From Nostoc punctiforme PCC 73102 (GTDB lineage Bacteria; Cyanobacteriota; Cyanobacteriia; Cyanobacteriales; Nostocaceae), in NCBI RefSeq assembly GCF_000020025.1, contig NC_010628.1, positions 1,620,001 through 1,652,000 of the forward strand: a stretch of DNA of 32,000 nt. Reading direction: 5' to 3'. The translations under genes were made by a program, and so were the position numbers. Shown in pieces: positions 1 through 7,688 of this stretch. A model generated the notes under the pieces. The model ran no database searches. It was not told the DNA's origin and saw only the letters and a list, made by a program, of their open reading frames with translations. Every line of letters begins with the position of its first letter. Positions within the stretch are counted from its first letter, which is position 1.

Positions 1-119
1 CCGAGGAATTCTAGGCGTTCATTATGTTCGCCTTCTCCGGGGTTCTCATGGACATAAGAACGGTGAGTAAGTGCGTGGCGTAGAAGTTTTTCATTATGGA
101 ATATTAGAATTTTGTGCAT
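1..119 (-). CDS. rnc: Ribonuclease III, N-terminal ~39 codons only (gene runs off the left edge)
   Basis: Not in the ORF track. The reverse-strand ATG at 119..117 translates to MHKILIFHNEKLLRHALTHRSYVHENPGEGEHNERLEFLG. This carries the RNase III signature region (ALTHRSY ... NERLEFLG[D]). Confidence 0.75.
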   Translation of the reverse strand, partial: MHKILIFHNEKLLRHALTHRSYVHENPGEGEHNERLEFL

Positions 120-219
120 TTTTCTCTTGTGTTTTGTTGCAGAAATTGACTGTTGGGAAACTTGACAAGTGTTATTTTATTGAGACATGAAAAAAACCGC
201 AAATCGCGGCGTGTTGCTA

Positions 220-247
220 AAACCCAGTTGAATAGAAAACTGGGTTT
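220..247 (-). terminator. Possible hairpin terminator downstream of the NYN-domain gene
   Basis: Inverted repeat aaacccagtt (220..229) / aactgggttt (238..247) lies 13 nt past the stop of the minus-strand gene. The U-tail on the minus strand is weak (TTTAG). Confidence 0.4.
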
Positions 248-259
248 TTCAAAGTTATA

Positions 260-1111
260 TTAGGCAGCCGTATCTAAATCAGTTAAAAATAACTTCTGAT
301 TTTGCTTTTGAACTTTGCCATCCTTGACAGCAACATCAATAAACTGGCTAAAACTTTTAAATTTCTTGCCATCATCTGTACAAATAGATAAATATCCTTG
401 ATAGTTAGCACAACGTTGACGCATCAATCTATCAATGCGACCAAATACAGTAGGCTTACCTTGCATTGAGGCAATTTTGATAGCTTCAATTAAATACTCT
501 ATAGCCTCTTTGTAATTAATCTGAGACACAATATCTGTGTTTTGAGGTTGAGTCTTATTGGTATTGGCAACTAGCTGAGGTAATTCATCTACAAAATGGA
601 AGTTATCATTACCAACCAGTTTAATCAACTTTGGACTCTCACTACCTCGTTGAGCAAAAATTTTCACCTTTTTACCCAAACTTTTGAGAATACAAATTAA
701 ACCGGCATAGTCCCAGTCTCCTGAAAGTAAGATAATTGTTGTCAGAGAAGGATTAAAGGCAACTGCTTTAACACAGTCAGCCATCAATCGATAATCTGCA
801 CTATTATTTGAATGATCGGGAACATCAACACACTTGATCCCAAGAATTTCTAGCTCATTTTTAGTACAAACTTGGTTTATATAGTGTGAATTATAGTAGA
901 CATTTTTGCAGTCTATACGCCCTTTGGATTGGGCAAATTCTAGCAAAAAATGACCTTTTCCTTTAATTAAAGAGACGTTCTGAATATCGGCAAAAATACC
1001 GACATAATTTTTCTGCTGGCTTGTTTGTTTTTTGGAAGATTGATCGGAATGTGGCATTGTAATGTATCCAGTATTGTTTAGTGAACTGGACAGATTTAAC
1101 AAATTACACAT
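260..1111 (-). CDS. NYN-domain (LabA/limkain-b1-type) putative RNase with a C-terminal OST-HTH/LOTUS-like domain
   Basis: N-terminal half has the NYN pattern (NYVGIFADIQNV ... LLSGDWDYAGLICILKSLGKKVKIF). C-terminal ~70 aa (INYKEAIEYLIEAIK...GRIDRLMRQRCANYQGY...FSQFIDVAV) resembles OST-HTH/LOTUS. The true start may be the MPHSDQ methionine at 1057. Confidence 0.8.
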   Translation of the reverse strand: MCNLLNLSSSLNNTGYITMPHSDQSSKKQTSQQKNYVGIFADIQNVSLIKGKGHFLLEFAQSKGRIDCKNVYYNSHYINQVCTKNELEILGIKCVDVPDHSNNSADYRLMADCVKAVAFNPSLTTIILLSGDWDYAGLICILKSLGKKVKIFAQRGSESPKLIKLVGNDNFHFVDELPQLVANTNKTQPQNTDIVSQINYKEAIEYLIEAIKIASMQGKPTVFGRIDRLMRQRCANYQGYLSICTDDGKKFKSFSQFIDVAVKDGKVQKQNQKLFLTDLDTAA

Positions 1112-1203
1112 CTAACAGTAGCAGAACTTTAGACTAGGAATTTGTACTTAAAAAGTACTTTTCTGTCATAAAGTTCTCATAGCGTAGCGTTTTTTGGTTC
1201 AAG

Positions 1204-1387
1204 TCTCAGCCGTAGAATTCCTGGCTTGCTACCAAGTTTCGCGTCATACCTTCCCCTGAATATTCATCCAAACATCTTGTCTTACCATTGAAAGTCTAGT
1301 CAATCAGTTGACCTGACATTGGGCTGAAAATTCAGCCGAAGGGATAACACGAAGCTCGGCAGGAAACTAGGAATTCTGCTGCTGAGA
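1204..1387. repeat. 184-nt long imperfect hairpin / inverted-repeat element (MITE-like, or a structured ncRNA)
   Basis: Outer arms tctcagc-cgt-agaattcct (1204..1222) and aggaattct-gct-gctgaga (1369..1387) pair over 19 positions (17 Watson-Crick, one G-U, one mismatch). The helix continues inward: ccaagtttcgcg (1232..1243) with cacgaagctcgg (1348..1359), and ataccttc with gaagggat. There are small internal hairpins (ggctgaa-aa-ttcagcc, gtcaa-tcag-ttgac). Confidence 0.4.
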
Positions 1388-1590
1388 CAATACCAAAAAC
1401 CTGCATTATACAGTGTGGTTGTTTGTTCTGTCTTAATATACAGAGTTACATAGATGACCCTGAATTGTCAACATACTTATTTATAAAGATTCGTAAAAGC
1501 GATCGCCTGTCATCCATGAAGTTTAAGAATCATCTATGATATTCTCTCAAAGCCAGCATTTATTTAAAAATTTTCTAGTTAATAAATAAT

Positions 1591-2237
1591 TTACGATTTA
1601 CTTTGCGCGATCGCACTATATAAAATACCTAAAATTTTCTTAACATCCTTAATATAATATTCACTCAAATCAATCGAAACTACATTGCCTTCAAGCTTGA
1701 GAAATTGCCAGAGTGTACCTATAGTAACAGCACCATATATAGCTTTAATTTGATTTCTACCTCTCTCGTTAAATAACTGAGCAGCTACCATTTCGGCAAT
1801 ACATTGAGCTAAACCAGACCTCAAATTTTCATTTTTACTTTCTACTAAAACAATCACTGGACTGCGTACAAGCAACTGCTCCGAGGAAAGACTCAAAATA
1901 AAATCACAAAAGCCATTTAGTCCTCGTTGGCTATCAACAGTAAAATCAACTCCCGAAAAAAAGCTTATTTCATAATTAAATTTGCGCCTAATTTCTAATA
2001 AAATTGGGCTTATTATCATTTCACTACGAGCTTTTTGGAACTTATCGCTACTGCTAAATCAACATTTTCCCTAAGAATAGTAGATAATAAATCACTACAC
2101 TCTTGTTCCTGCACATTTGCGAATAGTCCCGATGATTCTTGGATAATTAACCCAAAAGAATCAATAACTTCAATAAGTTTAAAATCACTATAAGCCATAA
2201 AACTTACTCCTTGTCTTATGACTGAATACAATAACAA
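1591..2237 (-). pseudogene. Conserved cyanobacterial hypothetical protein, possibly of PD-(D/E)xK nuclease fold, split by a frameshift into 73-aa and 142-aa ORFs
   Basis: ORFs 2016..2237 and 1591..2019 overlap by 4 nt (ATGA). The 142-aa ORF's frame stays open upstream of its ATG and reads FSSSDKFQKARSE-MIISPILLE. A single-base change in the A5 run (T5 on + strand, 2032..2036) would fuse the two into one ~215-aa protein. The D...VLVESK motif suggests a nuclease fold. Confidence 0.5.
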
Positions 2238-2240
2238 AGT

Positions 2241-2828
2241 TTAAAAATGCAGCTTTGGCGGAAACACCTTAGCTAAATCAAGAGATAAATCAGGAAAGCA
2301 GGGAAAATCTATTACCTCATTTGACAAGAAAATTCGCTTATTTGAATAACCATATTTGCCTTGACTATCCTGATATGGTTCACTGTAAGCTTCCAAATAA
2401 TTATCGAATAAATTGAATATCCAATAATCAGTAATACCCGCTTTAGCATAGAGAGGTATTTTCACATCTTGATCATAAGCTAAAGAAGAATCGGAAACCT
2501 CCATCACCAATAACACATCAGTCGGTTTAGGGTGAGATGAGAGATAATTATCATCTCGGTTTTGAACAATCGCAAAATCTGGTTCAGGTTCGCTGTTAGG
2601 TGGTAAAGTAATCGGGGCTTGAGATTGTAGAGTTGCCCTATCTCCTACAATCTTTGGGAGTTGTTTCCATAAATTTCTTAGACAAGTTTCATGGGCTGTA
2701 CCTTTGGATGCCATTTCAATAATTTCCCCATTAATTAATTCAATGTGGTCATCTTCATGGAAAAAGCCCAATTCTCCAAGCCTGTGGTATTCATCCAGTG
2801 TGAAGCGTTTAGCCTGAGCAATACTCAT
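2241..2828 (-). CDS. Uma2-family (DUF820) putative restriction-endonuclease-like protein
   Basis: Typical Uma2 N-terminus (FTLDEYHRLGELGFF...HIELINGEIIEM) and core (EPEPDFAIV ... LVMEVSDSSLAYDQDVKIPLYAKAGITDYWIFNL). This family is highly expanded in cyanobacteria. Confidence 0.85.
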   Translation of the reverse strand: MSIAQAKRFTLDEYHRLGELGFFHEDDHIELINGEIIEMASKGTAHETCLRNLWKQLPKIVGDRATLQSQAPITLPPNSEPEPDFAIVQNRDDNYLSSHPKPTDVLLVMEVSDSSLAYDQDVKIPLYAKAGITDYWIFNLFDNYLEAYSEPYQDSQGKYGYSNKRIFLSNEVIDFPCFPDLSLDLAKVFPPKLHF

Positions 2829-2919
2829 AACCTTACCTTTCTCTCATTGCCATAATACTTATTCTAAATGTGCCAGAAATTGGTATGCTAAAGGCCGAGA
2901 CTCGCTATGAAAGCAAACA

Positions 2920-4950
2920 ATGCCTGCGCCTACTATCAACCCCACCATCACTGCCTTTCCCTTGACAGCCGTAGTCGGTCAAGAAGCAATTAAATTAGCC
3001 TTGCTGTTAGCCGCAGTTGATCCTGGTTTGGGAGGAGTAGCGATCGCAGGTCGTCGTGGTACGGCAAAATCTGTAATGGCTCGTGCTATCCACGCTCTAC
3101 TACCGCCCATTGAAGTTGTTAAAGGTTCAATTAGTAATTGTGACCCCAACCACCCCGAAGAATGGGACGATCAACTATTGGCGGAGTACGCAGACAAAGA
3201 CATTCAGGATGTTCCCGTTGAAATTATCCCCGCGCCTTTTTTACAAATTCCTTTAGGTATCACCGAAGACCGACTATTAGGTTCAGTAGATGTTGAAAAG
3301 TCGGTAAAACAAGGTGATACCATTTTTCAGCCTGGATTACTCGCTACAGCAAATCGAGGTGTACTGTACGTAGATGAAATTAATTTATTAGATGACCAAA
3401 TATCAAATCAGCTTCTAACAGTATTATCTGAGGGACGCAACCAGATTGAACGGGAAGGGATTAGTTTTCAGCATCCGTGCAAATCCCTATTTATTGCCAC
3501 CTACAACCCAGAAGAAGGCGGATTACGGGAGCATTTATTAGATAGAATTGCGATCGCACTCTCTGCTGACGGTGTACTCGGCTTAGATCAAAGAGTAGCA
3601 GCAGTTGAACAAGCGATCGCTTATTCTAAATCTCCCCAAGACTTTCTCAAACAGTACAACGAAGATTTAGACTCCCTCAAAACCCAAATCATCTTGGCAC
3701 GGGAATGGTTGAAAGAAGTAATCATCACCCATGAACAAATTGCTTACTTAGTAGATGAGTCTATTCGCGGAGGAGTTCAGGGACATCGCGCCGAGTTATT
3801 CGCCACGCGGGTTGCCAAAGCTGCGGCGGCTTTGGAGGGACGAACAACAGTTAATGCCGAAGATTTGCGCCGTGCTGTAGAACTGGTAATTGTACCACGT
3901 GCCACAGTTGTGCAGACACCGCCACCCGATCAAGCACCACCACCGCCTCCACCGCCGCCACAACAGAACCAAGAAGAACCCCAGGACGAATCAGAAGAGG
4001 AACAAGAAGAACAAGAAGAACAAGAAAATCAAGAGCAAGAACCCCCCAGCATCCCGGAAGAATTTATCTTTGATCCGGAAGGGGTAATCCTTGATGACAA
4101 CGTGCTGTACTTTACCCAAATGGCGAAGCGGCAAGGTAAATCTGGTAGTCGCAGTGTCATCTTTTCCGATGACAGGGGACGCTACATTAAGCCAATGTTA
4201 CCCAAGGGAAAAGCGCGACGCATTGCAGTAGATGCTACCCTCAGAGCAGCTGCTCCTTATCAAAAAGCACGCAGAGAAAGGCAACCAGATAGAAAAGTTA
4301 TTGTCGAACAATCTGATATTCGCTCGAAACGCCTGGTACGCAAAGCCGGGGCGTTGGTAGTATTTGTGGTAGATGCTTCTGGCTCAATGGCCCTGAATCG
4401 AATGCAATCGGCTAAAGGTGCAGTGATGCAACTATTAACAGAAGCTTATCAAAACCGCGATCAAATAGCATTAATTCCTTTCCGGGGAGAACAGGCAGAG
4501 GTATTATTGCCTCCAACACGTTCTATTGCTTTGGCGCGTAACCGTTTGGAAAGGTTGCCCTGTGGTGGGGGTTCGCCCTTAGCGCATGGTTTAACTCAAG
4601 CTGTACGCGTCGGCTTAAATGCCCAGATGAGTGGAGATATTGGGCAAGTTGTCCTTGTAGCAATCACCGATGGGCGGGGTAATATTCCCTTAGCGCGTTC
4701 TTTAGGTGAACAGATTGAACCAGGAGAAAAGCCAGATATCAAAGGAGAATTATTAGAAATTGCTGCTAGAATTCGTGCTTTGGGGATGCAACTATTAGTA
4801 ATTGATACGGAAAGTAAATTTGTGTCTACTGGCTTTGCTAAAGAATTATCGCAAACAGCAGGCGGTAAATATTATCATTTGCCAAAAGCGACAGATCAAG
4901 CTATTGCTGCTATGACCAAAGGTGCGATCGCTGATTTAAAATCTAGATAA
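2920..4950 (+). CDS. chlD: Magnesium chelatase subunit D
   Basis: AAA+ N-terminal half ([20 protein letters not shown]), then a Pro-rich/acidic linker ([28 protein letters not shown]), then a C-terminal vWA domain ([11 protein letters not shown] ... ITDGRGN). This is the canonical ChlD architecture. Confidence 0.95.
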   Translation: MPAPTINPTITAFPLTAVVGQEAIKLALLLAAVDPGLGGVAIAGRRGTAKSVMARAIHALLPPIEVVKGSISNCDPNHPEEWDDQLLAEYADKDIQDVPVEIIPAPFLQIPLGITEDRLLGSVDVEKSVKQGDTIFQPGLLATANRGVLYVDEINLLDDQISNQLLTVLSEGRNQIEREGISFQHPCKSLFIATYNPEEGGLREHLLDRIAIALSADGVLGLDQRVAAVEQAIAYSKSPQDFLKQYNEDLDSLKTQIILAREWLKEVIITHEQIAYLVDESIRGGVQGHRAELFATRVAKAAAALEGRTTVNAEDLRRAVELVIVPRATVVQTPPPDQAPPPPPPPPQQNQEEPQDESEEEQEEQEEQENQEQEPPSIPEEFIFDPEGVILDDNVLYFTQMAKRQGKSGSRSVIFSDDRGRYIKPMLPKGKARRIAVDATLRAAAPYQKARRERQPDRKVIVEQSDIRSKRLVRKAGALVVFVVDASGSMALNRMQSAKGAVMQLLTEAYQNRDQIALIPFRGEQAEVLLPPTRSIALARNRLERLPCGGGSPLAHGLTQAVRVGLNAQMSGDIGQVVLVAITDGRGNIPLARSLGEQIEPGEKPDIKGELLEIAARIRALGMQLLVIDTESKFVSTGFAKELSQTAGGKYYHLPKATDQAIAAMTKGAIADLKSR

Positions 4951-4986
4951 TTAGTCATTAGTCATTGGATTTTTGACTCAGCATGA

Positions 4987-5778
4987 CTACGAACCAGTGG
5001 GCATTACCTGTGGTTGTAAATAGCAAATCAAATCCTGGATTCCCTTTTGCAGATAGCGCGTTACCGTCATTGGACTAGTACCAATGTTCTTAGCGGCATC
5101 CTTGCGAGAAAGTTCCTTCAAAAATACCATTTCGACTGCCATACGGGGCTTTTCTTCCAACATATTGATTGCACCTTGCAGTTGTTGGCGTTCTTCTTCT
5201 TGTTGTAAAAGAACATGAGAACGAGGACAAGGAAGTGCTTCACCCAAGGTTATTTGGCAATCAACATAGTTAACTGCGGTTGCATCTAAACTTAAAGGCA
5301 TCCGATTTTGAGCGGCTAACTTGGTTTCTTGCCATTCTTGTACAGATACTCGAAGTTCGCTGGCAATTTCAGCATCCTTAGGTTGGCGACCTAAAGACAT
5401 TGCTAAGTCCTTGCGAATCTTTTGTCCTTCATTGTATAATTCTTGCCAACGACGGGGAATTTTTAATAGAGTACTGCGATCGCGCAAAAAGTGCAGCATC
5501 TCACCGCGAATGTATGGTACAGCAAAGGAACTAAAAGCATATCCTTGGCTGGGATCGAAACGTTCAATAGCCCTAATCAAACCAAAATACCCAATTTGTT
5601 CTAAATCTTCATAAGGTTCATTACATTGATGGCTGAATTTATGAGCCATCTTCCGTACTAAGCCAGTATGTAACTGTACAAGTTTATTACGAAGTTTAAT
5701 AGAAGGATTCTGGTGGTACAAGTGTAATAATTCTATACCATCAGTTCGTAAAGAGGACTCACTTGTTGCCATATACAT
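4987..5778 (-). CDS. RNA polymerase sigma-70 family factor, group 3 (SigF/SigB-like)
   Basis: Region 2 (YEDLEQIGYFGLIRAIERFDPSQGYAFSSFAVPYIRGEMLHFLRD), region 3 and a region 4 HTH (LSRKDAAKNIGTSPMTVTRYLQKG). No region 1.1. Size is 263 aa. Confidence 0.9.
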   Translation of the reverse strand: MYMATSESSLRTDGIELLHLYHQNPSIKLRNKLVQLHTGLVRKMAHKFSHQCNEPYEDLEQIGYFGLIRAIERFDPSQGYAFSSFAVPYIRGEMLHFLRDRSTLLKIPRRWQELYNEGQKIRKDLAMSLGRQPKDAEIASELRVSVQEWQETKLAAQNRMPLSLDATAVNYVDCQITLGEALPCPRSHVLLQQEEERQQLQGAINMLEEKPRMAVEMVFLKELSRKDAAKNIGTSPMTVTRYLQKGIQDLICYLQPQVMPTGS

Positions 5779-6283
5779 TCCTTTGTTGAAACTCCTATTC
5801 CTCAGAAAATGGAGTTGCGTATATTTTCTTCTAAGCTGTTATTATTTTGCTCAGTCAGGGAAGAATAAGCCATCGTCGTTTCACTGAACTTATGAGGGGT
5901 CGAACTCCATAATTCAGTATTTGTACGCATGATTTTGCTAACCTTTCTGTTGCAGGTTATTTTTGTTTTTTACATAACTCTTGAATGGCACATAATCTTT
6001 AGCTTTTGCAACAAAAACTAGCTATTTATGCTGAACAATGCATAACTGACCGAATAGCCATCTGTCATACTGAGAGCAACGTAAATCGGTACTGAATTAA
6101 TCGCAAAAGAGACTGGGCAATTTTATCTTTTACTACGCATCGTCATTAATAAAGGTCGAAAATCCAAATTGAAAGTTGGGTGGAAGAACAAAACCTAAGC
6201 TACAAAAAACAGAATTCCGACTCATTTTTATGGGAATTTGTACTTAGTTGGGTTTTGAGGTACATTTCTATTCAATATTGGTA

Positions 6284-6357
6284 AGATAGAAACTTTGGAA
6301 ACTTAGTGGAAACATGGAAACAGGTGATTGACATGCCAGTTTGGTGGGTGTCACACT
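6284..6357 (+). promoter_or_regulatory. Candidate promoter/operator of the three-gene operon
   Basis: Three exact direct repeats of TGGAAAC (6296..6302, 6307..6313, 6315..6321) plus a degenerate TAGAAAC (6286..6292). They sit immediately upstream of a perfect -35 hexamer TTGACA (6328..6333). The only -10 candidate is weak (cacact at 6352..6357, 18-nt spacer). A strong SD AGGAGG lies at 6368..6373. Confidence 0.3.
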
Positions 6358-6380
6358 TCTGCTAAACAGGAGGGTGAACA

Positions 6381-7688
6381 ATGAAAATCACCAAACACCG
6401 ACAAAAAATTCTCGATGCACTTCAGCAATGGTTTAGTACCCATAAACAAGGGCCAACTCTAGAAGAGCTATGTCAAGAACTCGGAATGCAACCACGTCAG
6501 AAAGCAACAGTTCAGAAGTGGTTGCAAACTATGCGCGATATAGACGTGGAATGGGATGACCACAGCGCCCGCAGTCTTCGCCTCCTTACATCTGAACCGG
6601 AAAAACCTTCCTTACAGCTATCTGTAACTGACACTCTGCGGTATTTAGCTACTGGTGTGGTGCAGTGGGAAAAACTTGAGCTAGAAAAGCGAAGTCAAGT
6701 ACCAGAAGCCCTTCGCATTGGAATGTCCCGTATGTACTTAACTTCTTTACTACGGGGAGAACAAGCCCCAGAGAACCTACCACAATTTTTTGATTGGGCG
6801 GAAACATCAATTACTTCTTGGAAACCAGCCCAAGAGATTAAATATCTTTCGCCAGATGTCAGCGTTATAGAAGACGGAGTAGTTTCCGATTTTGCAAGAG
6901 AATGGCAAGTTTCAGGTAATGATGTGGTGGCGCAGGTACAAGAGTCAGTACTGAAAGATGTACTGGAATACTGTCGGGGAAATCAGCTAGAAGATGCTTA
7001 TCGCGCTTTTCGACTACTAATCATTTCTAAACCCACTCTTCATTACTCAGAATATCGGCAACAGCTACGTTTACCAGAACTCAAACCACTGCGGGAGTTA
7101 TTGTCACGGTTAGAAATCTATGTCGATATGGATAAGTTGGCAGAGGGCAGCGTTTATCATCTGTGTCCGCGTTGCACATACTTGCAACGCCAACGCCCTG
7201 ATGGTACATATACCTGCCGTAACCCTTGGTGTGAAAGACTTTGTGCAACCAGCAACTTTCAACCATTGCCACCTATTTCTAAAGAAAAAGCAGCAGACTG
7301 GAAAGCTGTTACCCCTGGTGTGCATTTGTACGGTACGCTTCCAGGAATTTGGGAAATTCAACTTCAAGAAGAACTTACAAAATTGGGTTTGCGCGTTACT
7401 CTCTGGCCTTTTGTCGATGAATTTGACTTACTCGTAGAGTTCCCACCGAAAGTTCGCTGGGCAATTGATTTTAAAGATTGGGCATCCGTGGATGAAGAAC
7501 GTTTGCGAAAGGTGCAGTATCGGCGTGATGCAACGGAAACTTTTGTAGTTTTTCCAGATGAACGCGAAGACTATTTGCGGATAAAGGTAGTGCGCGAACA
7601 ACTAGAACCTGAACTTGAAGGGGTGCGCTTGCGCTTATTTAGCGAAATCATCACTCAGGCTCAAGCAATTTTAGGGAAGAAAAAATAA
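6381..7688 (+). CDS. Operon gene 1: LexA-like wHTH + zinc ribbon + PD-(D/E)xK restriction-endonuclease-fold protein (candidate pPIWI-RE-associated REase)
   Basis: N-terminus aligns by eye with the LexA DNA-binding domain (KHRQKILDALQQWFSTHKQGPTLEELCQELGM..ATVQKWLQTM...ARSLRLL). CxxC...CxxxxC zinc ribbon (CPRC..TCRNPWCERLC, 7164..7244). Nuclease core E..(IWEIQLQEE) ... D346/D349 (VDEFDLLVEF, 7413..7429) ... D363-F-K365 (AIDFK, 7467..7475). Confidence 0.7.
   Translation: MKITKHRQKILDALQQWFSTHKQGPTLEELCQELGMQPRQKATVQKWLQTMRDIDVEWDDHSARSLRLLTSEPEKPSLQLSVTDTLRYLATGVVQWEKLELEKRSQVPEALRIGMSRMYLTSLLRGEQAPENLPQFFDWAETSITSWKPAQEIKYLSPDVSVIEDGVVSDFAREWQVSGNDVVAQVQESVLKDVLEYCRGNQLEDAYRAFRLLIISKPTLHYSEYRQQLRLPELKPLRELLSRLEIYVDMDKLAEGSVYHLCPRCTYLQRQRPDGTYTCRNPWCERLCATSNFQPLPPISKEKAADWKAVTPGVHLYGTLPGIWEIQLQEELTKLGLRVTLWPFVDEFDLLVEFPPKVRWAIDFKDWASVDEERLRKVQYRRDATETFVVFPDEREDYLRIKVVREQLEPELEGVRLRLFSEIITQAQAILGKKK

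Noticed and set aside
1195-1215. tRNA-like T-arm sequence ggttcaagtc
   Set aside because: The flanking bases do not form a T-stem. No acceptor, D or anticodon arms can be drawn. The segment is instead the left arm of the 184-nt long hairpin.
3890-4087. 65-aa ORF inside chlD in another frame
   Set aside because: Its Lys/Arg/Asn/His-rich product is just the shifted reading of the Pro-rich/acidic ChlD linker (repeated gaa/caa/cca codons). It is fully contained in a confident gene.
5321-5614. 97-aa + strand ORF
   Set aside because: Antisense to the conserved region 2/3 of the sigma-factor gene; mirror-frame artefact.
6341-6357. Palindrome gtgtcacac between the -35 box and the SD, considered as a LexA box
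   Set aside because: It matches neither the E. coli CTGT-N8-ACAG box nor, as I recall it, the cyanobacterial RGTACNNNDGTWCB consensus. It is too short to call on its own.
7081-7437. Three short ORFs (63, 85, 105 aa) overlapping gene 1 of the operon on both strands
   Set aside because: Cys/His/Arg-rich nonsense-like translations with no motifs. They fall within the zinc-ribbon and nuclease coding region of a well-supported ORF.
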